Part shown: piece by piece, positions 46,635 to 57,817 of the stretch
Position numbering within the stretch: position 1 is the stretch's first letter
Layout: each line of letters starts with the position of its first letter
Source: Nemertoderma westbladi
Lineage: Eukaryota > Animalia > Xenacoelomorpha
Length of the DNA stretch: 64,000 nt
Reading direction: 5' to 3'
NCBI GenBank assembly: GCA_032718475.1
Contig: JAUCBJ010002047.1
Coordinates: 1 to 64,000 of the forward strand
Notes under the pieces: model-generated
The model's database searches: none
The model's input: only the letters and a program-made list of their open reading frames with translations
Told to the model about the DNA's origin: nothing
Translations under genes and position numbers: made by a program

Positions 46635-49600
46635 CATATACTTGGCTGCAGGGGTATATGGCCTGGCCTGGCAGATTGTGATCTACCAATGGCTGGTCAG
46701 GAGTAGAGTGTTCTCATGTCCACTCTGAGTGCACTTCACTGCGACGTGCACCTGGCAACAGGGGTACAGGGCATGACCCAGCAGATGAGCTGCACAGCCA
46801 ATGGTGGGTCATGTGCGCCAGAGTAGATATGGGTGATGGGTCTCATATCTGACTCCACTGCGACACCCACCATGTGGAATGGCAAACCAGGGTGTGGTAT
46901 TTGCCCCGAGAGCTGACTCGGCAAAAAAGCACCCCCCAACCCCCACTACTATGGATTACATTAGTAATGCGGAGGTCCGGCCACTAGAGGCCAGTGTAAT
47001 GACTGGACACAATCGGCCTCACAGGCGTCAGTTACCTCCTGAACAGCTGCCTGTCTAACCCCCTACTGGAGAGAGAGCGGCAAACGATTCTTTGAGTCCC
47101 TTTCCTGATGACCCTGGGTCACCAGGGAGGCCAGATTGTGAGGGGGAGAGGGATTCAGGAGTTGGAGGCTACTCTCATGTTCCACCCCGACCAACAAAGC
47201 CATTGGTGAATCTGAGGCAAGTCACTAGACTAGCCTCAGTAAACACCCTAACACTCGGGTCCCCAATGCGACAAGGTGAGCTACCTGGCTTGGCAAATAA
47301 GCTTTCTCTTAGTGTAGTGGGTGTTCAAGGGCACTGAATGCAGACTGGACAGACTGATGAGGTTCTGATTAAGGATTCTGATTAAGTTCAGATTTGGCGA
47401 CTCGCCCTCGCTTCAGCAGATGATAGTGGCAATGGTGGAATTGGTCTATTGATGAATCCAACTGCACATGCAGCATTGGACAAAATAGACCAAATCTCTA
47501 ACCGCATCATCCGTTGCCACTTCTCATGTTCTGGAAGACTGGCTAAGAAGTTTCCTAAGGTGGTTCTGATTGTGTGCTACTCTCCAACTAGTGTTGCCCC
47601 TGTAGAGGAGGTGGAAATTTTCTACCACAATCTACAAGCAGCTACTGGTGGAGTGGATCAGCATGCATTCTTAACATTCCTGGGAGACTTTAATGCAAGT
47701 CTGCATCAATCACCTACATCGCCCTGGGTCTATAGCAATAGTGTTGTTAACCGAAATTCCGTCCATCTTCAGGATTTTATCTCTGGAAATGGATTGTTTT
47801 CGGCTGGAACCCAGTTCAAGAAGCAAACTGGAAAGCTATGGACTCATAGTGGACCCAGTGGTCACAAGTCCCAGATAGACCATATTCTGTTTCGTAGGAA
47901 TTACAGGAGCTCTATACAAGACTGTAATGCATTTACACTTCGACCCTTCTCCAGTGATCACCGCCTTATTGTAGCCAAAGTAAGACTTAGTCTGCGTGCT
48001 AGCAGAACAACGAAATCTGCCTTGCCGTGGCATGACTGGTCCTCTCTGTTGCAACAGCCAAGTGTGAGATCCAGCTTCACACTACAGCTGAGCAACAGAT
48101 ATGAGGCTCTTGCTTCTGAGGCGGCAGATCACTGTGAGGGCTATACTGCCTTTACAGAAGCAGTTAAGTTAGCAGCTGCAGAAACAGTTCCTGTATACCC
48201 TCGAAACAGGAAAAGGGCCCCCTAGACTGACAACAAAATCCAGAAGTGCCGAAATGACCTTCATAAGGCGCAGAAAGAGTCCCGACTCAAACAGACTACA
48301 GCAGCCAAGAATGCAGTTAAGGCTGCATCTAGGTCCCTGAACAGGCAGTACTCTGTTAATCTACAGGAGCTAATAAACCAACAGGTTGATGCCATCAATG
48401 ATGCTGACGACAGCAAGGCAATCATCCCAGGCATGGAAATCGATCAATTTGGTTACTGGGCGTAAAAGCCAACCAACCACCAAGGTTAAGGCTGAATCAC
48501 CAGCCGATCGCCTCAATGGTTGGAAAGCCCACTTTGAAAAGCTCCTCAATAATGACAGGGTATTGCCTGATAACTTTATAGAAGTAAAAGTGTCTGAATC
48601 TGTACTCCCAGATATTCCCATTGGCGATATCTCCTTTGCAGAAGTGAAGGCTGCTGCAAAGAGCATTAAGACCAATCGTGCCAGTGGAGTAGATGGTGTT
48701 CCCCCTGACGTCTTTAAAATAGCTGAGTGTTTAAAGCTCATCTATCCCATCATCGTAGACATGTACCGAATTGAGAGACTGCTCCGTGGAAATCAGAATG
48801 GGTTCCGTAAAGGTTGTGGGACCATGGAACCCATTTTGGCACTTAGAAGGATAATTGAAGAATTATCAAAAAAGAAAGACAGGCATCTGGCTGTTATCTT
48901 TGTTGACTTCTTCAAGGCCTTTGATTCAGTCTCTCGCTCACGTATGTTCAGCATACTTTCATTATATGGGATTCCTGATGAAATTATTGCAGCAATCAGA
49001 TCAGTATACGATGGTTCGACAACATTTGTGTCTACTGTTGACGGTGACACAGAACCATTTGAAGTGTTATGGGGCGTCCTCCAAGGAGACACACTTGCAC
49101 CATTCTTGTTCATTATTGTGGTTGACTATGTTCTACGCATGTCCTTAGATCATCATAATGATGATGGGGTGATGATAACTCCACCTACTGGCTCCAGAAG
49201 TCGAGGAAATCCTGCCAAGTACCTAACTGATCTAGACTTTGCTGATGACTTAGGAGTACTCTCAGAATCATTAGTGGGAGCCCAACGGCTCCTCAGCTCA
49301 TTAGAACATGCTGCTTCTAGTGTTGGTCTTTTTATTAACTCCAGAAAGACCAAAATTTTGACAGTTAACCTTGACAGGCAAGTCTCTGATCGATGAGCAT
49401 AAGCTCAAAGGATGGTATGCTTGAGCATGTGGACGACTTCTGTTACCTGGGATCATGGATCCGGAAGTCAGGTGAGGACCTTCGAATACGTAAGGGAAAG
49501 GCATGGGCAGCCTTGAATAGGCTTTCCAGGATTTGGAAGTCACCGAGAATTAATCGAAAACTTAAAGTCCGGGTATTTAGAGCAGCAGTAGTTCCAGTAC

Positions 49601-50054
49601 TCCTCTATGGGAGTCCATGCTGGGCTCTAACTGCTGAGGACACCAAATCTCTGGATGGCAAATTCACAAGAATGCTACGCCGGATTCATTGTGTCAAGTT
49701 CAATGCACACATCTCCAACCAGAAACTATATAACATTGGAGGTGTCTAATTGGTTCCCCTAAGCTTGACGCTAGAACAAAATCGCTTCCGCTTTGCAGGA
49801 CATTGCTTTCGCCGTGAGGACCAACCAGTGCATAATCTTGTACTTTGGCAGCCTCATGGAGTGAATAAGCATGGTGGACAGCCCATGACTTTCTTGAGAC
49901 GCATCTTAAAGGACACTGGCCTTGAAGATGCGGATGATCTAGCAAATGTCATGGGTGATAGGGAGTTGTGGTGGTGCAATTTTGTCGATAAGCCGGCACA
50001 GCATTCTTAAAACTGCATCTGCAATGCAGCATGCCGATCCTAGTAGTAGTAGTA
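46635..50054 (+). mobile_element. RTE family A LINE, near full length, degenerate
   Basis: APE pieces (CYSPT, LGDFNA, QIDH, SDH); RT (QGD, FADD) with stops, frameshifts and a deletion between MYR and IERLL; (TAG)n tail at 50041. Confidence 0.93.
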
Positions 50055-50465
50055 AGCTCAAAAGATGGTATGCTTGAGCATGGGGATGACTTCTGTTACC
50101 TGGGATAATGGATCTGGAAGTCAGGTGAGAACCTTCGAATACGTAAGGGAAAGGCATGGGCAGCCTTGAATAGGCTTTCCAAGATTTGGAAGTCACCGAG
50201 AATTAATCGGACACTTAAGCTCCGATTATTTAGAGCAGCAGTAGTTCCAGTACTCCTCTATGGGAGTCCATGGTGTCCGTGTCTGTGACTGTAGTTGCCG
50301 GATATCTACTACTTCTGCGTTCTTGAAGTGTGAATCCCAGATCTTCACCCTTTGTGGCCGCCCTCATTGCATAATCCAGCACAATTACAAATAGTAATGG
50401 TGCTAATGTGTCACCTTGCAGTACGCCAGCCAGGATTGAGAAAAACGCAGTTTTACCATCTGGTG
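50053..50465. mobile_element. Abutting LINE fragments: RTE-A (+, ~50053-50272) and RTE-B (-, ~50273-50465)
   Basis: The first repeats ~49400-49620; the second is the reverse complement of ~27605-27795 (GVLQGDTLAP). Confidence 0.85.
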
Positions 50466-51403
50466 AGTAGTATACATTACTAGCCAACTCGATCAAAGTC
50501 ACCCGTAGCCCATCATTACCGTCCATTTTTAGTAATCCATCCAATCAGAAGCCACCATTTCAACCTTTAGCAGTGGTCGTTATTATTTCAACCAATCAGA
50601 TGTCAGCATTTCATCCGTAACCATGGCAACTTCTCAAGTTCCCGCATCTTCCGCTAGAGGCGTTATTAGTCACCCAACGCTAGTACTCCGTCCAATCACC
50701 AACCTTTATTTTACAGGTGTTCGGGTGTCTACACTTAGCATCAGGTAACTTCTACTATTTTTCAAATCGCTATTTTTCACCAACCATTATTTTACAGACG
50801 CTAGAGATGTCTACAGGTAACTTCTACTATTTTTCAAATCGCTATTTTTCACCAGTAACTAAATTTAATTTTGCAATTTTTCAGATAACAAAATATTCAA
50901 CAGGGTTCGAACCCGGGACCGTTATAACTCCTCACAACTCACCAATCACTCTTCCATCCAACCTCGAGAGAAAAAGGCGATAAATATATGAGTTATACCA
51001 TAGTCATTGAATTGTTCATCTTCATCACTGGTAGCAGATGTTTATAAATAGCTTCTAGTTCCTTAACATAATTACTATAGCATAGAATACATTAATTCGA
51101 CTATTAATAATAATCGATTTCTTTTATCGATGTAACTGCTCGGTCAACTAAGTTAAAATATAAGTTAGAATGACAGAGCTAGCATTGATCACGTTGCATC
51201 TGTTACATGTTACTGCTATTTCACTCTCTAACTCACGCTAATGTAATAAATTTAGCTGTACACGTTGCATCTGTTACACGAAGCTACTATATTCCTCACT
51301 GTAAGTCACTCTGTTGTATTAAAGCAACCATATAAACAGAAGTTTTACATTCTAATAATCATTTATTTAGTTTTTATTTTTCAAAATAGTTTTCATTCTA
51401 ATT

Positions 51404-52447
51404 ATGGATTTATTTAAAAAAACTTCAAGCAATACTTGGAAATTTACATGTAATAAATATACCTGTAGTATTGTTTATGGTAAGTACTTTATATTACACT
51501 CAAGCGATAGCAATGTAACAACGTGCTTCTCTTACCTGGATACACTCTACCTTCTAGACGTCTTAGAAATATTAATCAACCGACAAAAGGAATCACCAGT
51601 TTCAAGAGGTAATATTTATCCTAATATAGAATTTACAAGAGGAAAGTTAAATATTTCCACCTGTTTTATTACTGAAAACGTATATATTCAGAAGCAAGGC
51701 AAATGTCAAATTCTAAACCAATCACTAATTAATTTATTGCTTCAGAGTAAGACAGAAATATTAGAATTGTTATCACCACCACTCGAAATAATAAATCAGT
51801 GTTCTGTTGTTAATTTAACCAACCCATCTTTTGTTGGTTTTGTAAGCAAATATAAAGGAACAACTTATATGGGACTATGGGAGATTTCAGCTAGATATTC
51901 TGATGCTATTGGTCTTAGGTATTATAATGGGTTTAACTTAACAGCATCGGAAGTAAATTCATTGTGGTATGAATGGAATTATGAAATTAGTAACGAAGGT
52001 GTCTTTTCAGAGCTAGATACGGGCGATAAAGCTTTATCTGACCGACTTAAAGTAAAAATAAATGTACAAGAAAAAAAAGTAATTATTACAGACAAGGAAA
52101 GCAAATATTTACAGTTACATTACGATAAAGACATACCACATATAGAGTTTCTCTACGATATGATGTTAAAGGTTTCATCAACTTATATAGCAGACGGTTT
52201 CGCGATTCTATATCAACCAACTTGGAAGTTTAAGGTTAATAAGTCATTTCCAGAAGTAGTTTCATCCACATTTAATCCAAAGACATACATCGAAGAGACA
52301 TCGAGTGATAGAAAGCGCAGATCTACATCTCAAACATCTTCCATTCCCAACATTGATTCTATACCTACAAAGAAAATAAAAGTTACAAAAGCAAGTGAAG
52401 AGGTAGCAGATTACAATAAGGAACATATAAAAACAGTATTAGATTGA
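51404..52447 (+). CDS. Polinton protein with a PC4/SUB1-like ssDNA-binding segment
   Basis: FVSKYKGTTYMGLWE...NGFNLTASEVNSL resembles PC4 VRDFKGKVLIDIRE...KGISLNPEQWSQL. Confidence 0.6.
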   Translation: MDLFKKTSSNTWKFTCNKYTCSIVYGKYFILHSSDSNVTTCFSYLDTLYLLDVLEILINRQKESPVSRGNIYPNIEFTRGKLNISTCFITENVYIQKQGKCQILNQSLINLLLQSKTEILELLSPPLEIINQCSVVNLTNPSFVGFVSKYKGTTYMGLWEISARYSDAIGLRYYNGFNLTASEVNSLWYEWNYEISNEGVFSELDTGDKALSDRLKVKINVQEKKVIITDKESKYLQLHYDKDIPHIEFLYDMMLKVSSTYIADGFAILYQPTWKFKVNKSFPEVVSSTFNPKTYIEETSSDRKRRSTSQTSSIPNIDSIPTKKIKVTKASEEVADYNKEHIKTVLD

Positions 52448-52998
52448 TTTATTATTAACTAGAGACTTTTTTTCAGTTTACACTGACTTGTAAAGGTAAC
52501 TTTTTATCATAAAGCGTGATTATTATAAAGTATTTGCATGTAAAGGTGACTTTATTGAGTAAATATTGGTGATAGTTTATATTTAATGTGAGCATGGGAT
52601 TAGGTATAAAACATTCGCATGTAAATGCATGAGTTTACACCACCATAATAAAACATTAGCATGTAAAACCTACTTTATCAATGGAAATTAAAAACGCATT
52701 ATGCACATCTTGGTTTAGACTTGATTTTATTATAAAGAATTCAGTTGTAAAAGCAACTTTATTTATGATATTAGTTTCCAATGTAACTGTTATTTATGAT
52801 TGGTTGGTATAACTAGAAACTTGAAATATATATATAAAGAGCTCAACTGATTCAATCGAGCTCATTCTGAAAATATAAAATTAATTAAAGTTTAGATATT
52901 ATATTTTATTTGTGTTGAGTAGCTTATGAATTTTTTTTGATTATATATATATAACAATATTCATATTAATTTTAAATTGTTTTTAGGATAATAAAGAG

Positions 52999-55900
52999 AT
53001 GGATAAACAATTGAAATGTCCATTTTGTCCTCTTCAAATTTCTAAACGAAATTATTTACGCCACCTAAGGTCACATTTTGAAGGTTATTCTTGTTTTAAG
53101 TGTCATGTTTTTACACCTACAGAAGAAATATGCAAACGACACGAAACAACTACGGGATGTAAAGAAATGAAGTTTTACGTGTATGAAAAAACTTGTCCTA
53201 CTTGTAATAAAGAGTATTTATATGATAATTATTTACGTCACGACTGTCACCAACGTTATTATCATGTTAGACCACGAGCGAACCAAAACAATACTGTCGC
53301 ATCTAGAAAAAGACTGAAATCTGGTCAAGGTCCATCAATTTTTAGCATCGAACGAGCTGCACACGATAACCGTTTAGAAATCTATGTTTACAATCTTCCG
53401 AATGATGAAGATTTTCCTGATATTCATTCATCGATACTAAAAATTCTGCCACACATCAAAACGTTATTATTAGGAAAACTTAGCGAAATGAATGTACTTA
53501 GACCCTGGCTAGGTGTGAATATACTCATGTATCGATCACATTTTTCAGAGGGAGATCAAGAAGAAGCTTTCTATTTTAGTTCTTCAGGTGGTGCAGTTAA
53601 TACCATAGATTCACATGAAAGTTTTGACACATGGTTTGAGTATGTACTAGAAAAATTAATGCAAAAAATAGCCATGTTTGACACTCGTGGCTCAGGGTGG
53701 CACGTTAAATCTTTATTAAGAGTGGAAATTAAAGTAGCTGAATCCAAGTGTAGGTCACTGGAATATAAAGGTCACGGTTATATGGAGTTACCTAAGACTC
53801 TATCAGTTAAAAAATGTGTTATAAATATACAAACGGCTGATAATGACTGTTTCAAATGGGCAATTATAGCCACAAAATTTAGTAGCAAAGTGAAAAACAA
53901 CAAAAACCGTACTTCATCGTACAAAAATTATATGAGTCATTTTATTTTTGACAACGGGAACAAAGATTATCCAACAGAATGGCTGCTTGCAATTAAACTT
54001 TTTGAAAAACAGAATTCAGCATATATAATTAATTTATTACTCTACGATAACAATCGAGTATCTATATTAAGACAGGCTCCATTTAGTAAAATCACTCCAG
54101 ATAAAGAGTTATTGAATATATTACTTGTAAAAAATAAGAATACAAGTAAACAATCACATTATGTTTGCATAACTAACTTGAATCGTTTGTTGAATACAAC
54201 AGGTAAGCATATTAGATGTAGGAAATTTTGTGAACGGTGTTTGTCGCATTTCTACAGCAAGGATGTTCTAGAACGTCACCGTCTTGCTTGTTATCGAGGA
54301 AAAAGTCAAGTTGAGAAGCTACCGTCTGAAAAAAGAACTCACATTAGCTTTATAAATTTAGACAGAACATTACCAGCATTGTTTGTAATATATTTTGACA
54401 TAGAATCTATTTTGGAGCCAGCCACCAACAGTAAATTTATTCAGAATCATATTCCATGCGCTGTAAGTTATTTAATTGTTCCTAGTAGTGAATTAATCAA
54501 TCCACCAAAATTTTATTTGAAGACCTTTACAAAAACAATCGACAACAACTGTATTCAAGACTTTTTAGACTCTGTATATAATGACATCACCCAATTATAT
54601 AAGTGGGCCGAAACCCATAAGCGAGAGAAGATTATACTTAACGATGTAGATAAGTTAAGTTTTTGGAAAGCTAAAACTTGCTTTTATTGCAATGTTTTAT
54701 TTAAGGATAAATCTGAGAAAAATAAACATCACTCACATATTACTGGTAACTATATAGCAGCCGCTTGTAACGCATGTAACCGCTCTTTATCGTTGAAACG
54801 ACACATGTATATACTCGCTGCACACAACTGCAATCTCTACGATTTGCATTTTCTTTTACAAGTTGGTTTTACCAACAATAAATATTCCGATTGGGATATA
54901 AAGGTGATCCCTAAAAATTCTGAAAGGTATATTTCACTAAGCATGCATATACCAGTGAAAGATGAAAAAACTAAGATCGAGCTACGTGTCTTAGACACAT
55001 ATCAATTTTTATCCTTTTCCCTAAGTACTTTAGTTGATTGTTCAACAAAGGATATAGACAGCGAGGATATAACATCAGTTCTACCAATTACTGAACAGCA
55101 AATGAAATATTTTTATCCAAATTTAAATAATGCAACAATTAAACGAAAAGGTATATTTCCCTACGAGTATCTGACAGATTTAAATAAATTCAATGATTCG
55201 AAATTACCATCAATAGACAAATTTTATAGTAAATTAACACAAAATACCTGTACTCCCGAGGAATATAGTTTTGCTAACGCATCATGGAGTCAGTTTGAGT
55301 GTACAAATCTCAAGGATTATCTTTTAGCATACTTAAAACTCGATGTTTGTCTCCTCGCTGATATATTTGAGAACTTTAGGAGAGTATGTAGACAAAACTA
55401 CGAATTAGAAGTAGTTTATTATTGCAGTATCGCAGCTTTCACTTATGATTGCGCCCTGAAATACAATAAATGTAAGTTAGCATTAATAAAAGATTACCAA
55501 ACATATAGAGATTTTGAAGCATCTATTAGAGGAGGGGTTTCATTCTGTCGAAAGCATTACATAGAATCAAATATACCAGATACTGATAATTATGATCCAA
55601 GCAAGGAAGAGTGTCATATTTTCAATATAGATTTTAATTCCTTGTATTCTGGTAATTTAAGTAAAAAGCTACCTGTTTCAGGGTTTGAACAAGTCAACGT
55701 TACATTTTTAGAGAATGCTGCTCCAGAAGAACTAATAAACTATTTGACAAATCTTGATACTGAAGGTGATATTGGGTTTTTCTTAATTTGCGATTTGAAA
55801 TATCCCAAAGATATTCATGATCGTACATTAGAACTACCCTTAGCTCCAGAACATTTAAGTATAAATGAGACAATGCTTTCACCATATATGAGGGAACAAT

Positions 55901-57012
55901 ATAATCATGTTTGTAAACAAAGAGGTACTAATAGCAATTATAAGATGTGTGCACCAAAACTTATGTTGACACAATTCGATAAGGAATTCTATCATGTAAA
56001 TTTAAAACTGTTAAAATTTTATATAAAACAAGGTATAATTGTTACTAAGCTCCATAAATTGTATTCTTTCCATCAAGACTTTGTATTTAAACCCTATATA
56101 GATTTTAATATTAATCAAAGGCGAGTAGCAAAAAGTTACATTGAAACAGCTGTTGCGAAGCTTCTAAATAATTCGTTATTTGGAAAAACGATAGAGAAGA
56201 TAAGGGACCGTTGCAACTTTCGTATCGCTAATAGTAAAGAGAAATGCGACCTATTGGTCAAACGTATAAATCACGAAAATTTCATGATTTATAACGATTC
56301 CTTATCGGGACATTTATTAGTAAAAGACTCTGTAACTCTCGATAAGCCGGTCTATGTAGGTAGTACTGTCTTGGACTTGGCTAAATTGGATATGTATCAG
56401 CTGTATTACGATAAATTGCTACCTATTGAGAAAGAATTAAACTGCCGAATTGAAATTGTAGCATCAGATACGGACTCTTTAATAGGTTGTTACTATAATA
56501 CATCGCAGAGTAATTTCTTAAAAGCCTTAATTAAAAATAATATTTTAGATACATCCAATTACCCCAAGGATCACCCTCTCTACAGCGATAAAAATAAATC
56601 CAGGCTCTATTACTGTAAAGATGAACTAGCCTCACGTGAAATTAAACAAGCAGTATTTTTAAGACCAAAGTTATATTCAATTTTAGAATTCAATGAAACA
56701 AATATACAACGGGCGAAAGGAATAACAAGAGCTGTCGTGGATAAAAATATTTGCCACGAAGATTATTTAAGAGCATATAAGGATAACTTAGAAATTTCCA
56801 AGGAAACGCACCAATTTCAGAGTCAATTACACAAAGTGTATACTGTAGCACGAGATAAGTTTGCTCTCAGCGCATTTGACGACAAACTTTATTGGGTTAA
56901 TAAAAATCATTCGCTTCCCTGGGGTCACTATCAAACAAAGGTTGAAAAACCCGTAAAAAAAAACAATATACCTATTTATCGGGAACCAAACAATGAACTA
57001 TCAGATAGTTAA
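52999..57012 (+). CDS. polB: Protein-primed family B DNA polymerase with N-terminal zinc fingers and an inserted endonuclease VII-like module
   Basis: YFDIES, AHN...YDLHF, RKGIFPYEY, YLKLDV, DFNSLY, KLLNNSLFGK, SDTDS; CFYC...HHSHITG...ACNACN. Confidence 0.97.
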   Translation: MDKQLKCPFCPLQISKRNYLRHLRSHFEGYSCFKCHVFTPTEEICKRHETTTGCKEMKFYVYEKTCPTCNKEYLYDNYLRHDCHQRYYHVRPRANQNNTVASRKRLKSGQGPSIFSIERAAHDNRLEIYVYNLPNDEDFPDIHSSILKILPHIKTLLLGKLSEMNVLRPWLGVNILMYRSHFSEGDQEEAFYFSSSGGAVNTIDSHESFDTWFEYVLEKLMQKIAMFDTRGSGWHVKSLLRVEIKVAESKCRSLEYKGHGYMELPKTLSVKKCVINIQTADNDCFKWAIIATKFSSKVKNNKNRTSSYKNYMSHFIFDNGNKDYPTEWLLAIKLFEKQNSAYIINLLLYDNNRVSILRQAPFSKITPDKELLNILLVKNKNTSKQSHYVCITNLNRLLNTTGKHIRCRKFCERCLSHFYSKDVLERHRLACYRGKSQVEKLPSEKRTHISFINLDRTLPALFVIYFDIESILEPATNSKFIQNHIPCAVSYLIVPSSELINPPKFYLKTFTKTIDNNCIQDFLDSVYNDITQLYKWAETHKREKIILNDVDKLSFWKAKTCFYCNVLFKDKSEKNKHHSHITGNYIAAACNACNRSLSLKRHMYILAAHNCNLYDLHFLLQVGFTNNKYSDWDIKVIPKNSERYISLSMHIPVKDEKTKIELRVLDTYQFLSFSLSTLVDCSTKDIDSEDITSVLPITEQQMKYFYPNLNNATIKRKGIFPYEYLTDLNKFNDSKLPSIDKFYSKLTQNTCTPEEYSFANASWSQFECTNLKDYLLAYLKLDVCLLADIFENFRRVCRQNYELEVVYYCSIAAFTYDCALKYNKCKLALIKDYQTYRDFEASIRGGVSFCRKHYIESNIPDTDNYDPSKEECHIFNIDFNSLYSGNLSKKLPVSGFEQVNVTFLENAAPEELINYLTNLDTEGDIGFFLICDLKYPKDIHDRTLELPLAPEHLSINETMLSPYMREQYNHVCKQRGTNSNYKMCAPKLMLTQFDKEFYHVNLKLLKFYIKQGIIVTKLHKLYSFHQDFVFKPYIDFNINQRRVAKSYIETAVAKLLNNSLFGKTIEKIRDRCNFRIANSKEKCDLLVKRINHENFMIYNDSLSGHLLVKDSVTLDKPVYVGSTVLDLAKLDMYQLYYDKLLPIEKELNCRIEIVASDTDSLIGCYYNTSQSNFLKALIKNNILDTSNYPKDHPLYSDKNKSRLYYCKDELASREIKQAVFLRPKLYSILEFNETNIQRAKGITRAVVDKNICHEDYLRAYKDNLEISKETHQFQSQLHKVYTVARDKFALSAFDDKLYWVNKNHSLPWGHYQTKVEKPVKKNNIPIYREPNNELSDS

Positions 57013-57451
57013 TAAGAATGTAAGTTGCCAGCAAGTGTCAGCGATTAATTTTAAAGAATTAAAAAATCAATTATCTGGTAAACACATACTCAAACCAAAT
57101 CAGTTTATATATAAGATATTTGGTGCCACATTATTAATATTTAAAAATGGTCGTATTACATTATTAGGCAGTAAGTATAATTTCCAAAAAGTAAAAAAGC
57201 ATATATTTGATAAAACTAGTATTAATTTGATTTTAAAATCTGTTAATTTATGTACTTATATTTTAAGTATTAAGTCTGTAGTCTATAGGTTATTGATAAA
57301 CAATACCGGGTTTTATGTTGTCTTTGATAATGTGCAACTTCAAGTTATATATGAACCTGAAATTTTTAATAATTGCAAAATAAGAATAAATAATACCGTA
57401 GTCATTTGCTGCTTTCATACTGGTAAATGTACTGGTAATGTGTTCACCTAG
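56993..57451 (+). CDS. TATA-binding protein (TBP)-like protein
   Basis: ATLLIFKNGRITLLGSK, YEPEIF and VICCFHTGK match the two TBP core repeats. Confidence 0.7.
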   Translation: MNYQIVNKNVSCQQVSAINFKELKNQLSGKHILKPNQFIYKIFGATLLIFKNGRITLLGSKYNFQKVKKHIFDKTSINLILKSVNLCTYILSIKSVVYRLLINNTGFYVVFDNVQLQVIYEPEIFNNCKIRINNTVVICCFHTGKCTGNVFT

Positions 57452-57628
57452 CAAATTTCACATTTATTACCCTATATTTAGTAAACTTGTTAATTATTTA
57501 TTAATGTTTGGTGTTGTGACTTTAGGTGTTGGTGATTAGAAGGTGAAAATTAAACATTATTATTTTTTCAATCAATCTATCGGTAGTTAGGGAAAACTAA
57601 CCTCGTTTGAATAAGTATGACTCTCATG

Positions 57629-57800
57629 GGCTGACTGCGTGCCAAGCCGCGTGGCTGGCTGGCTGACTGCATGACCGACCACGAGGCTGACTGCGTGCCG
57701 CGAGGCTGACTGCGTGCCGCGATGCTGACTGCGTGCCGCGAGGCTGACTGCGTGCCGTGAGGCTGACTGCGTGCCGCGAGGCTGACTGCGTGACTAGCTG
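57629..57800. repeat. 19-bp GC-rich tandem repeat
   Basis: GAGGCTGACTGCGTGCCGC, ~8 copies. Confidence 0.9.
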
Positions 57801-57817
57801 CGAGGGTGGCTGGGCGG

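Noticed and set aside
47105-47130. Hammerhead core CTGATGA + CCCTGG/CCAGGG stem
   Set aside because: No GAAA box after the stem.
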